Shown: positions 40,381-50,171 of the stretch, in pieces | Layout: each line of letters opens with the position of its first letter | Numbering within the stretch: position 1 is the first letter of the stretch | Assembly (NCBI GenBank): GCA_963728565.1 | Contig: CAVSLC010000016.1 | Coordinates: forward strand, 1-64,000 | DNA length: 64,000 nt | Direction: 5' to 3' | Source of the DNA: an uncultured delta proteobacterium | Lineage (GTDB): Bacteria > Desulfobacterota > Binatia > UBA9968 | Translations under genes and position numbers: made by a program | Notes under the pieces: generated by a model | Told to the model about the DNA's origin: nothing | Databases searched by the model: none | The model's input: the letters and a program-made list of their open reading frames with translations, nothing else

Positions 40381-40638
40381 ATGAAGAAGAAGCGAGAAGC
40401 AGTCCGGGAGAGAATCTACCTCACGTTCCCCAGGACTCTGGTGCGAGAACCCGTGCTGTCTTCAATGGCAAAGCAATTCGACGTGGTTTTCAACATTCGC
40501 GGCTCAACTGTCACGGCCGAGATGGCATTGATGGCTCTCGAGATCAATGGCGCACAGACCGAAGTAAACAAAGCCGTTGCATGGCTCAAGGAAAAGGGAG
40601 TGACGGTCGAGCCCATCGAAAAAAACGTGGTCGAGTAG
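40381..40638 (+). CDS. Stand-alone NIL-domain protein
   Basis: 'YLTFP...REPVL...FDVVFNIR...LEING...AVAWLKEKGVTVEPIE'. Confidence 0.8.
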   Translation: MKKKREAVRERIYLTFPRTLVREPVLSSMAKQFDVVFNIRGSTVTAEMALMALEINGAQTEVNKAVAWLKEKGVTVEPIEKNVVE

Positions 40639-41100
40639 CTATGGCGCGAAGGCGGATATCGATATAACCAAAGCTCCGCCTTCATGCGGCGGCCCACCTA
40701 GTAGAAAATAACCCTGGTTTTGCAGTCGCACTGTGGTATCCAACAAAGGCTTCGTACCCTCGGTCAAGCGAACCTTCAAAGCGATTTGTTTATCTTTTGT
40801 GTCTTGAGGCGAGATGGCAAGCGACCTGCCTCCGGGAATTTCAAATGTTGCATTATCGTTCCACGGAACCGCCTGGCTATCTTCTTTCAGCAGGCGATAA
40901 GAACGATACTTCATCACTTTCAATTGCCTCTCCATTGGCTTAAGCCGCGCATCGAACTGATCGCTTTCGTTTGACGCTAGGATGGTGCCGATCTTTACCT
41001 GAACAGGCCTCGATCCAGTCTCGGCGCCCTCCGCGTACACCGCCAGCAATAAGAGGCTAGAAAGAAGGCTTAGTTTCAGAAGGTTCCGTAGAAGAGTCAT
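40639..41100 (-). CDS. Exported hypothetical protein, third gene of the ECF sigma operon
   Basis: Signal peptide; overlaps the 3' end of the anti-sigma gene. Confidence 0.7.
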   Translation of the reverse strand: MTLLRNLLKLSLLSSLLLLAVYAEGAETGSRPVQVKIGTILASNESDQFDARLKPMERQLKVMKYRSYRLLKEDSQAVPWNDNATFEIPGGRSLAISPQDTKDKQIALKVRLTEGTKPLLDTTVRLQNQGYFLLGGPPHEGGALVISISAFAP

Positions 41101-41599
41101 TCTCGCTTTCTTGAGGTTGGTACAGCCAAATCACCGTGGTGTTCGTTTCACCCTCATGTAGCAGGGCGACATTGCGTCCGTATGCATCGATCGATTCAAC
41201 CGTAGCCAAATTGTCGCTCTGGGTGCCGATTTTTGCATCGGGGAGGAACGAATCGATGGACAATCCTGCGAGCGCAATTACGATCACTGCGGGAATGGCC
41301 CATGCGAGCCTAGGAGCGTTGAAGATGCCTCGAATCCGATCGCCGAGTTCGTCGTACCAATTCCTCTTCTGCGCGATGCGTCGCTGTACGCCCTGCCAAA
41401 ATGGTTCAAATTGAATCTCTGACCCATTCGATTCCAAGACCGACCGCATAGTGGAATGGAGACGTTCCAACCGGTGCCTCTCTTCGCGACAGGCGGCACA
41501 GACTTCAAGATGGCGACCGGTCGCCTCGGCTTGCGTCGCGGCGAGTTCGCCATCAAGCCAGGCTCCGACAGTTTCTCTAGTAGTTTCACAGTTACTCAT
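41057..41599 (-). CDS. Anti-sigma factor with zf-HC2 domain and TM helix
   Basis: 'C......WLDGEL......HLEVCAAC' (HxxxCxxC), then a TM segment; ATGA-like overlap with the sigma gene. Confidence 0.88.
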   Translation of the reverse strand: MSNCETTRETVGAWLDGELAATQAEATGRHLEVCAACREERHRLERLHSTMRSVLESNGSEIQFEPFWQGVQRRIAQKRNWYDELGDRIRGIFNAPRLAWAIPAVIVIALAGLSIDSFLPDAKIGTQSDNLATVESIDAYGRNVALLHEGETNTTVIWLYQPQESENDSSTEPSETKPSF

Positions 41600-42150
41600 A
41601 AAAAGGCGCTCAGCTTATGCTGAAGTTTTTTTCGGGCATAATGTAAGCGACTCATGACCGTTCCTTCGGAGCAGCCGAGAATTTCGCCAATGTCTTTATA
41701 GGACATGCCTTCCAAAGTCCTCAGAACGATGACGGCTTTGTGTTCGGGAGTCAAATCATCTATTGCAGACAACATTTTCTCTCTCAGCTCGCGATCGTGA
41801 ACATCTGAAAACGGATCTTTGGCAACCTCATTCTGCTGTTCAAAGACCTCATCCATGCTCTCGCGAAACTCCAGAGGGCTCCTCTTTTCACGCCTCTGGT
41901 GATCGATGCAAATGTTGACGGCGATCCGGTAAAGCCAGGTATAAAAAGAAGATTGACCTTGAAAGCTGGTGATCTTTCGATAGGCGCGAAAAAACGACTC
42001 CTGCGCGACCTCCATGGCATCATCCGGGTTGCGTAGTAGGCCAACGATGACCATGTAGACCTTCTGATGATATCGCGAAACTAGTTCTTGAAAGCTTGCA
42101 ATATCTCCAGCTTGACACTTTTGGACCAGCTGCCAGTCACTTAGCTCCAC
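41596..42150 (-). CDS. ECF sigma-70 factor (RpoE-like)
   Basis: 'FQELVSRY', 'FYTWLYRIAVN', 'SYKDIGEILGCSEGTVMSRLHYAR'. Confidence 0.95.
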   Translation of the reverse strand: MELSDWQLVQKCQAGDIASFQELVSRYHQKVYMVIVGLLRNPDDAMEVAQESFFRAYRKITSFQGQSSFYTWLYRIAVNICIDHQRREKRSPLEFRESMDEVFEQQNEVAKDPFSDVHDRELREKMLSAIDDLTPEHKAVIVLRTLEGMSYKDIGEILGCSEGTVMSRLHYARKKLQHKLSAFL

Positions 42151-42300
42151 ATTAACCCTGCCTGTTTGACGTTTTCCGCTATCTTTTATTCAGTCGAAAC
42201 AAAACGTGATATCAAAACCTTGAAGTTTTCGCGAATTGGCTTAGAATACCCATGATATCTCTCCATTCCGTCGATCTACTTTTCACCAAGGAACCATTCA

Positions 42301-43347
42301 ATGCTGGTCAGATGCCCGAGTTGCGCGACCACTTACAAGGTGGCCGACGAAATTGTAACCGGCACCACCCCGGCCTTTCGTTGTTCTCGCTGCAAACACA
42401 CGTTCGAAGGTGACCTGGATGCGTCGGTCGAGGCGGCGGTGCCGCCCAGAGAGGTGGACTCAAAGATGCCGGGTGACGCTGACGGCGGCGAGTTGAATCT
42501 CGTATTCGAGCCAGAACACGAGGAAGCACGGGCCGATCGCGACCAACACGAAATCAATGCTCCCCTGCCGATCCATTTTCCTCTGCCGGATTCGGTCGAT
42601 TCATTGATCGAACAAGAAAGGCAGCGGTGGTCATTACCAGGCGAGGTCAAATCTGAGGAACCTTTCACGCTTTCTGCGGATCCGTCATCGCAGCGGGTCA
42701 GAGGAGAAACGGAGCATCGTGAACCCGCCAAGCGATCAGGAAAAAATTCCGAAGAGATCTCGCCGGCAATGCCAACCAGTAACATCTCGAGTCTCGAGCC
42801 CTATCGCGATCAGCAAACGTCAACGCTACCTTATTTTTCCTTGTTCGCTTTGTTGATTCTGTTCTTTTCGTTAGCGACTGCGTTTCAATACGCCTATCCC
42901 CAAGTTTTGGACCGGTGGATAAAGAAAGTTCCTTTGATTGGCGCGGCCATCGCCAGAAATGACCTATTAAAGGAGCGGGTGGCATTACAATCGTTGCGCG
43001 GCAGTTATCAGGTGATACAAGGAAACCGAGAAATCTTTGTAGTCAGTGGTGTAGCGATGAATCAAAACCCGGTTGTCATCCGAGAAGTGCGTATCGGCGG
43101 TCAGACCTATGACTCGGACGAAAAAGCCATCGAACAGCAAGAAATGTGGATCGGCAACGCGATCTCGGCCAAAATCATCCGGGGCATGACCGCACAAGAT
43201 ATTTTAGACTTGCAACGTTTGAAGCCGCTGAAGACCTTCGAAATTCCCCCCGGAGAATCCGTACCTTTCACGATCGTTTTTTTAAAGCCAGCGAAAGCCG
43301 TCAAAAAATTTACTGCGACCGTACTGGCAGCTGAAGAAGAGACCTAG
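42301..43347 (+). CDS. MJ0042-type zinc-ribbon / DUF3426-like membrane protein
   Basis: N-terminal 'CPSC...RCSRC', acidic linker, TM helix, C-terminal 'IPPGESVPFTIVF'. Confidence 0.8.
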   Translation: MLVRCPSCATTYKVADEIVTGTTPAFRCSRCKHTFEGDLDASVEAAVPPREVDSKMPGDADGGELNLVFEPEHEEARADRDQHEINAPLPIHFPLPDSVDSLIEQERQRWSLPGEVKSEEPFTLSADPSSQRVRGETEHREPAKRSGKNSEEISPAMPTSNISSLEPYRDQQTSTLPYFSLFALLILFFSLATAFQYAYPQVLDRWIKKVPLIGAAIARNDLLKERVALQSLRGSYQVIQGNREIFVVSGVAMNQNPVVIREVRIGGQTYDSDEKAIEQQEMWIGNAISAKIIRGMTAQDILDLQRLKPLKTFEIPPGESVPFTIVFLKPAKAVKKFTATVLAAEEET

Positions 43348-43348
43348 C

Positions 43349-43549
43349 CTAGGGGGACCTTTTGGCGGGCCTGTCTTTGCTCGCGGCTTCATTTGGCGTA
43401 ATGTCGATTTCGTCGGATTCCTTGAGGGATCTGCGGAATTTTCGAATGCCTTTGCCCAAGCTATCGCCCAAGTCGGGCAGGCGCCGACTAAACAAGATAA
43501 TCAGGATGAGGAGAACGATTACCAGCTCTCCAAGCCCCAGACCAAACAT
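43349..43549 (-). CDS. tatA: Twin-arginine translocase TatA/E
   Basis: 'MFGLGLGELVIVL...F..RLPDLG.SLGKGIRKFR'; RBS AGGAGG. Confidence 0.9.
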   Translation of the reverse strand: MFGLGLGELVIVLLILIILFSRRLPDLGDSLGKGIRKFRRSLKESDEIDITPNEAASKDRPAKRSP

Positions 43550-43643
43550 AGATCCTCCTATTCTGTTGGCATTATTTCACCAATCGGTTTCATTGCAAGC
43601 ACGAGATTTGCTTAGACAACTGTTGCTGCAGTAACATACGATC

Positions 43644-44462
43644 GTGGAATACGTCTCCCGACCAATGGCGGGTTTCTTCGCCGCATCGTTAATCATCCAT
43701 ATAGCGTTCCTGCTGCTCTGGTCACAAACCTCCATGCGCCGTGCTCCGCAGGAAAATATCAGCGTATCGCTGCTGCCGGCCGCAAAAGAAGAAGCCAAGG
43801 CGCCGGCCGCTGACCAATTTAGTTCGCTGCCGCCGGATGTGCCGACTCGAGGCTCCCGCTCTCCGGCGCTCATCGCGAAAAACAATTCACCTGAAGCAAA
43901 AAGACCGGCGCCAGTCAGACGCGTGACACCGCCGCAAAAAACGGTGGAGTTAAAAAAAGAACAAGAACTCAGAGAACCAGAGCCTGAGCCGGCGCCGATG
44001 CGGGAACCGCCCCGGCCGCCGGAAAGGGAAGAAAATTTATCGATAACCGAACGAAGGCTACCCACCATGCGGGAATTATTGCCGCCTGGCAACTGGTCGT
44101 CGGCAAACACTAGCGGCGATGCGGCAATCGCGCTGAACACGCGAGACCCCCAGTACATAACTTACTTCAGCAGCATCAAACGCAATATCGAGTTTGTCTG
44201 GGAGTACCCCGAGCCCGCCCTCAGGTACGGCTTGCAAGGAAAACTGCTGCTGCAATTTACCATTCTTGCCAGTGGGGAGTTGGAGAGCGCGCATATCATT
44301 CGCTCGTCGGGGTCGAATCTGCTCGATCATGAGGCGTTGCGCGCAATGAAAGCGGCGGCGCCGTTTAGACCGATTCCGCCCTGGATCGACAAGAAACGGC
44401 TCACCATAACGGCCAGCTTCGAATACCTCGACAACCGCCTCAACTACCGAGTCACACCTTAG
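43644..44462 (+). CDS. TonB-family energy transducer
   Basis: N-terminal TM 'SLIIH', Pro-rich linker, TonB_C 'WEYP..A...GLQG...SSG..LLD.EA'. Confidence 0.85.
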   Translation: MEYVSRPMAGFFAASLIIHIAFLLLWSQTSMRRAPQENISVSLLPAAKEEAKAPAADQFSSLPPDVPTRGSRSPALIAKNNSPEAKRPAPVRRVTPPQKTVELKKEQELREPEPEPAPMREPPRPPEREENLSITERRLPTMRELLPPGNWSSANTSGDAAIALNTRDPQYITYFSSIKRNIEFVWEYPEPALRYGLQGKLLLQFTILASGELESAHIIRSSGSNLLDHEALRAMKAAAPFRPIPPWIDKKRLTITASFEYLDNRLNYRVTP

Positions 44463-44524
44463 TCGGCCCTGCCCATTGTCGGCGCGCGATCGCTCCTCAA
44501 TGACATAGGCGTTAGGAACAGAGA

Positions 44525-46015
44525 CTAGCGTTCCACTTCCGGCCGCTCCCAGCGAAGCACGGGTTTTCTGGCGGCCTTAGCTTCGTCGAGTCGACGTACC
44601 GGAGTGGTATGCGGTGCATTCTTTACTAAGTCCGGAGTTTCGCGGGATTCCTGGGCGATCGCGATCATTGCTTCAATGAATCGATCGAGCGTTTCAGGCG
44701 TTTCAGTCTCGGTGGGTTCGATCATCAACGCTCCCGAAACCACCAGGGGAAAATAGATCGTCGGCGGGTGAAATCCATAGTCGAGCAATCGCTTGGCGAT
44801 GTCCAGAGTTGAGACGCCATTTCTGTGTTGATTCCGATCGTTGAACACACACTCATGCATGCACGGCTCGTTATACGCGAGCTGATAATGCCGTTCCAAC
44901 TTGCTCCTGATGTAATTGGCATTGAGCAGCGCCATCCGGCTGGTTTCTTCCAGCCCATCGCCGCCAAGCGAAAGAATATAGGCATAAGCCCGGACCAGCA
45001 CGCCGAAATTGCCGAAAAATGATCGCACGCGCCCGATCGACGCCGGCAGGTCCTCGATCAACTCATAACCGTTAGCGGTTTTTACAATCCGAGGCGTCGG
45101 CAAGAAATCGCGCAGGAACGTTTTTACCCCAACCGGACCGGCGCCCGGCCCGCCACCGCCGTGCGGCGTGGAAAAGGTTTTGTGCAGATTCATATGCAGC
45201 ACATCGACGCCCATATGGCCCGGTTTGGCTATTCCCATCAAGGCGTTTAAATTGGCGCCGTCCAAGTACACCAAACCACCCTTGTCGTGCACAACCTCGG
45301 CGACCGCTTCAATATTTTTCTCGAAAATCCCAAGTGTGTTCGGGTTGGTAATCATCAGTGCTGCTACATCCTTATCCATGGCGTTGGCCACAGCCGCGGC
45401 TGCGATCACGCCCTGCTCATCGGAGGATACTTGCACGACGTCATAGCCGCACAGCGTGGAGCTCGCCGGATTTGTCCCATGGGCGGTATCCGGCACAATG
45501 ATCTTCTTGCGCGAATTTCCCTGGGCTGAAAGGTAGGCGCGGATCAGCATCAAACCCGTTAACTCACCTTGGGCGCCGGCGGAGGGCTGAAGGCTGACAT
45601 CATCCATGCCGCTAATCTCGGCGAGCATCTGCTCAAGACCAAAAAGCAATTCCAGCGCGCCCTGATTCAGAGCCGGCGGCGCGAGCGGATGTACGAGCGA
45701 GAAGCCGGGATAACGCGCCACCACTTCATTGATCTTCGGATTGTACTTCATGGTACAGGAGCCAAGCGGATAGAACTGGCTCTCGATCGCATAATTGCGT
45801 TGCGATAAACGGGTGAAATGACGCAGCAGCTCAAGCTCGCCTAGCTCTGGAAAGTCCGCGATATCCTGACGCAAATAAGTTTCAGGAATGCTCTCCGATG
45901 CCGCTGGTGTTTTATCCGGCCAGGAAAAGGCGGTTCGTCCGGGCGAGCCGCTCTCGAAGAGCAGTCGCTGCGAGTGATTGGACTGTGGCGGGTCAGTTCG
46001 AGATGGCTCGGACAA
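44525..46015 (-). CDS. gcvPB: Glycine dehydrogenase subunit 2
   Basis: 'PLGSCTMKYNP', 'AHGTNPAS', 'NLHKTFSTPHGGGGPG', 'IEPTETE'. Confidence 0.97.
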   Translation of the reverse strand: MSEPSRTDPPQSNHSQRLLFESGSPGRTAFSWPDKTPAASESIPETYLRQDIADFPELGELELLRHFTRLSQRNYAIESQFYPLGSCTMKYNPKINEVVARYPGFSLVHPLAPPALNQGALELLFGLEQMLAEISGMDDVSLQPSAGAQGELTGLMLIRAYLSAQGNSRKKIIVPDTAHGTNPASSTLCGYDVVQVSSDEQGVIAAAAVANAMDKDVAALMITNPNTLGIFEKNIEAVAEVVHDKGGLVYLDGANLNALMGIAKPGHMGVDVLHMNLHKTFSTPHGGGGPGAGPVGVKTFLRDFLPTPRIVKTANGYELIEDLPASIGRVRSFFGNFGVLVRAYAYILSLGGDGLEETSRMALLNANYIRSKLERHYQLAYNEPCMHECVFNDRNQHRNGVSTLDIAKRLLDYGFHPPTIYFPLVVSGALMIEPTETETPETLDRFIEAMIAIAQESRETPDLVKNAPHTTPVRRLDEAKAARKPVLRWERPEVER

Positions 46016-47339
46016 GGCGATCGATCCCTTCTCTATCGTTCATCTCGGTGACACATACAAGCAAGCAATCCGGTAGCTCGGGATACCATTTCGCCAAACT
46101 AATTCCGGGCATGATTCTTCTCTCTGCACAGCGACGCATGATCTCGTCGAGCTGTTTCCCCCTGACCACGAACTCATTGAAAAACGGCGCCGTGAAGCAA
46201 GCTTCGACTGAGGAGTACTGGATCAAACGGTCAAACGCTTCATGAGCACGCGCTACATTAACCTCCGCCAAACGACGCATGCCGGTCTTTCCCATAAATG
46301 CCATATAAACAGTTGCAGCCGTCGTGCACAGCGTCTGGCTGGTGCAGATATTCGATGTCGCCTTCTCCCGGCGAATATGTTGCTCCCGGGTGGCCAGGGT
46401 CAACACATAGCCGCGCCGGCCTTCGCCATCGACAGTCTCGCCGACAAGCCTGCCGGGCAGGTTGCGCATAAATTTACGCGCGGTCGCGAGGAAACCAAAT
46501 CCGGGTCCGCCCAGCGCCATGGGTACTCCCAAGCTTTGCCCTTCGCCCACCGCGATATCGACGCCGAACGCTCCGGGCGGCTTTAACACCCCGAAAGCGA
46601 GAGGCTCCGTGGTTGCGGTGATGAGTTGAGCACCGGCGCGCTGGCAGAGATCATGTAGCGGGGCCAGGTTCTCAATCACTCCGAAGAAGTTTGGATAGCC
46701 TACCAGCACGCACATTGTCCCTTCGTTCAGCTGGCGCGCCACCTGATCGATATCGGTTGCTCCGCTGCCGTCAAAAGGAATCTCTTCCAGGCTGACATCG
46801 GTCAGATTGCGGAGATAAGTAGCAAGCACGGCGCGATACTGCGGGTGAAGTGCGCGGGAGACTAAAACCCGCCTTCGGGACGATGATTGAATGCGACGCG
46901 ACATGAGAATCGCTTCAGCGCTCGCCGAAGCGCCGTCATAAACGCCGGCATTGGAGACTTCCATCCCGGTGAGCTGGCAGATCAAGGTCTGATACTCGAA
47001 AAGAACTTGCAAAGTACCCTGGCTCACCTCCGGCTGGTAGGGAGTATAGGAGGTCGAGAACTCCGAGCGTGAAATAATCGCATCGACCGCGCTCGGGATG
47101 AAATGATGATAGATGCCGCCGCCGAGATAAAGCTCCCAATCGTTTGCGGCGGCATTCTTGGCGGCAAGAGCGGCCAGTCGTTGGCGCACTGTTAATTCAT
47201 TGACGCCGTCCGGCAAATTGATTTTGGCCGTCGAACGAAACTTTTCTGGAACATGGCGGAATAGATCTTCGACGCTGTCCACTCCAATCGCGTCAAGCAT
47301 TCGTTCTTTGTCCGCCTCCGTGTGCGGCGTGTAGCTCAT
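45993..47339 (-). CDS. gcvPA: Glycine dehydrogenase subunit 1
   Basis: 'YTPYQPEVSQG.LQ', 'YDGASA', 'TREQHIRREKATSNICT'. Confidence 0.97.
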   Translation of the reverse strand: MSYTPHTEADKERMLDAIGVDSVEDLFRHVPEKFRSTAKINLPDGVNELTVRQRLAALAAKNAAANDWELYLGGGIYHHFIPSAVDAIISRSEFSTSYTPYQPEVSQGTLQVLFEYQTLICQLTGMEVSNAGVYDGASASAEAILMSRRIQSSSRRRVLVSRALHPQYRAVLATYLRNLTDVSLEEIPFDGSGATDIDQVARQLNEGTMCVLVGYPNFFGVIENLAPLHDLCQRAGAQLITATTEPLAFGVLKPPGAFGVDIAVGEGQSLGVPMALGGPGFGFLATARKFMRNLPGRLVGETVDGEGRRGYVLTLATREQHIRREKATSNICTSQTLCTTAATVYMAFMGKTGMRRLAEVNVARAHEAFDRLIQYSSVEACFTAPFFNEFVVRGKQLDEIMRRCAERRIMPGISLAKWYPELPDCLLVCVTEMNDREGIDRLVRAISN

Positions 47340-47348
47340 AGATTGGGA

Positions 47349-47788
47349 TTATTCCTCGTCCTCATCATCGTCTTCGGCCTCGTCGTTCTCTCATCATCGT
47401 CTTCCTTTTGCTGCTCGATATATTCCGCGTATTCCTCAGCGCTCATCAAATCTTTCAGATCGTCCATGTCCTGCATCTCAACCCGGATCATCCAGCCATC
47501 TCCATAGGCATCATCATTGATTGTTTCCGGGCTGTCAGGAAGCGAGTCATTGATTTCCAACACCGTTCCGCTCACCGGCGCATAGATGTCCGACACCGCT
47601 TTGACCGATTCGACGGCGCCGAACGGATCGTCTTTTACAATCTTCTCGCCGATCTCCGGCAACTCGACGAAAACGATATCACCGAGTTCCTCCTGCGCAT
47701 ACTCGGTGATGCCAATGGTTGCTGTTTTGCCCTCGACCAGAACCCATTCGTGTTCTTTTGAATATCTGAGTCCCTCAGGAATCTCCAT
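47349..47788 (-). CDS. gcvH: Glycine cleavage H protein with acidic tail (frameshift near 47390)
   Basis: 'YSKEHEW', 'AVESVKAVSD' (lipoyl lysine); restoring one base gives '...KEDDDEENDEAEDDDEDEE*' at 47349. Confidence 0.95.
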
Positions 47789-47818
47789 GACCTTCCTCCT
47801 TAGCCTGCTAACGCCGTC

Positions 47819-48898
47819 TCAGCGCCGGTAAAACGGCAACGGCACTGTCTTGGCGCGAACTCGTTTGTTGCGGATTTCGACTTCAAGTATATTTTCGGCG
47901 CGGCCTTCTTTCGCCTCGACATATCCAAGCGCGATCGACCGTCCCAGCGTCGGCGATCGGGTGCCGCTGGTTACTCTGCCGATACACCGTCTATCTTTCA
48001 ACAACCGATACTCACTGCGCGCGATGCCGGGTTCGATCAGCTCCAGGCCGACAAGTTTGCGTTCAACGCCTGCTTGTTTCTGCCTTAGCAAGACTTCACA
48101 ACCTATGAAAGAGCCTTTTGAAAATTTCACCACCCATTGCAGTCCTGCCTCCAACGGAGTCGTGTTGTCGTCGAGTTCGTGACCATAAAGAGGATAAGCT
48201 TTCTCCAAGCGCAAGGTGTCGCGCGCGCCGAGCCCGGCCGGCACCAAACCCGCCGGCGCGCCGGCATCGAGTAGATCGTGCCAAAGCTTTTCGGCGTCTT
48301 GGGAAGAACAATACAGCTCGAACCCGGCTTCACCGGTATAACCCGTGCGGGCGATCAGGCAGCAAGTGCCGGCAACTTCGCTATCGGCAAAATAGAAGGA
48401 TTTGATGTCGGCGAGAGCAATCGGTACCAGGGGCTGCAATATGGTTTCTGCCAGCGGCCCCTGTAATGCCAATTGCGCATAGTCTGCGCTGACATTTTCT
48501 ACTTGAATCTCTCCGGTTGCATGCTGCCGCAGCCATTTGAAATCCTTCTCGCTATTCGATGCGTTGACGCAAATAAGAAAATCATCCGGATGCCGCTTAT
48601 AAAAGATTACGTCATCAATCACCCCGCCGTGGTCATTTAAAAGCAAATTATACTGAGCTTGATACACTTGCATGCGCGCGAGATCATTAGCAGTAAGCCT
48701 CTGGCACATCGCTTCTGCTCCGGCGCCGCGCACTGCAATCTCGCCCATATGGCTGACATCGAAAAGTCCGGCCCGGCTGCGCACGGCGATATGTTCGGCG
48801 ATGACACCGCTGTACTGGACCGGCATTTCCCAACCGGCAAACTCAACCATGCGCCCGCCGGCGAGGCGATGAGCAGCGTATAAAGGGGTTCGCTTCAT
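47819..48898 (-). CDS. gcvT: Aminomethyltransferase (T protein)
   Basis: '[10 protein letters not shown]', 'FDVSHMG', 'RTGYTGE.GFE', '[11 protein letters not shown]'. Confidence 0.97.
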   Translation of the reverse strand: MKRTPLYAAHRLAGGRMVEFAGWEMPVQYSGVIAEHIAVRSRAGLFDVSHMGEIAVRGAGAEAMCQRLTANDLARMQVYQAQYNLLLNDHGGVIDDVIFYKRHPDDFLICVNASNSEKDFKWLRQHATGEIQVENVSADYAQLALQGPLAETILQPLVPIALADIKSFYFADSEVAGTCCLIARTGYTGEAGFELYCSSQDAEKLWHDLLDAGAPAGLVPAGLGARDTLRLEKAYPLYGHELDDNTTPLEAGLQWVVKFSKGSFIGCEVLLRQKQAGVERKLVGLELIEPGIARSEYRLLKDRRCIGRVTSGTRSPTLGRSIALGYVEAKEGRAENILEVEIRNKRVRAKTVPLPFYRR

Positions 48899-48932
48899 GA
48901 GGTCCGAAGAAGTTAGGAGGAAGCTGGCTTGG

Positions 48933-49793
48933 CTAACGTTCGCGTTGAATCGAATCCTTGGCCGCCTTCAGAGTGTTATACAGCAGCATGCAAATGGTCA
49001 TTGGACCGACGCCGCCGGGCACAGGGGTGATCGCGGATGCTCGTTCCTTAGCGGTTTCAAATTCAACGTCACCAGTAAGTTTACCGTTGGACAAACGATT
49101 GACGCCGACGTCGATGACGACGGCTCCAGGCTTGATCCAGTCGCCTCGAACCAATCCCGCTTTGCCGATTGCCACGACCAATACATCCGCCCGGGCTACT
49201 TCATCGCGCAGGCTTGCTGTGCGAGAATGACAAATTGTCACTGTGGCATGCTTTTCGAGCAACATCAGCGCTACTGGTTTGCCAACGATATTGCTCCGGC
49301 CGACGACCACAGCATTCTTGCCTTTGAGAGCACAGCCCGCCGCCTCGAGAAGTTTCATAACCCCCAACGGCGTGCATGGCCGAAATCCATCGGCGCCGAT
49401 AACCAGCATTCCCTGGCTCACTGGATGGAAACCATCGACATCTTTGAACGGTGACACGGCTTGGAGGATTCTTTCCGAGCGGATGTGAGCAGGAAGCGGC
49501 AGTTGAACCAGAATGCCGTGAACATCTTTATCTTTGTTCAAACTGTGAACCAAGGCAAGCAGTTCCTTTTCCGAAACAGTCGCGGGAAGGAAGTGCTCAA
49601 AAGATTTTATTCCCACTTCTTTACAGGCTTTTTCTTTGTTCTTTACATAAATATGGGATCCCGGATCATCGCCAACCAACACAACAGCTAGTCCCGGCGC
49701 CATCCCCCAACGCCGTTCCAGCCCGTCAACTTCCTCTTTGATTTTCTTTTGAACTTCTCTGGCGACGGCTTTGCCGTCGATGATCGATGCCAT
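48933..49793 (-). CDS. folD: Methylenetetrahydrofolate dehydrogenase/cyclohydrolase
   Basis: 'IIDGK', 'GILVQLPLP', 'KDVDG', 'PCTP', 'GRSNIVGKP', '[10 protein letters not shown]'. Confidence 0.97.
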   Translation of the reverse strand: MASIIDGKAVAREVQKKIKEEVDGLERRWGMAPGLAVVLVGDDPGSHIYVKNKEKACKEVGIKSFEHFLPATVSEKELLALVHSLNKDKDVHGILVQLPLPAHIRSERILQAVSPFKDVDGFHPVSQGMLVIGADGFRPCTPLGVMKLLEAAGCALKGKNAVVVGRSNIVGKPVALMLLEKHATVTICHSRTASLRDEVARADVLVVAIGKAGLVRGDWIKPGAVVIDVGVNRLSNGKLTGDVEFETAKERASAITPVPGGVGPMTICMLLYNTLKAAKDSIQRER

Positions 49794-50171
49794 GCCTACC
49801 TCTTGGGGAATTGACAATGTAATGGAGAAAAAAACATTCTAGAGAAGCGACGTTCCTATTGGCATGCCACGCACTAAGCCAAAGGTCAACCCTAATCGCA
49901 GGCTGGCTGCCGGCGAAAACTCGCTGGTAAATTTTCAAATTTCGCGCTTTTCTGTCAGTCGCAGAGTAGCGCCTCTTGATCGTCCAAGCAAAAAAATTTT
50001 ACAGATGGCATGCAACGAATAGAATCTTGGAGATGTAAGCCGGCACAGGTGGCCGCCCCTGCCGGCGCCTGTATCGCCAAACCGACTCTAAGATTGCATT
50101 TATGCCCCCTGCCGATCTATGGTTTTTGACAGATGCGGTGGTAATTTAATGCGCGACCAACGAGGAGATGT

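Noticed and set aside
49794-50171. Glycine, ZTP or THF riboswitch upstream of folD-gcv
   Set aside because: No consensus aptamer segments found by eye.
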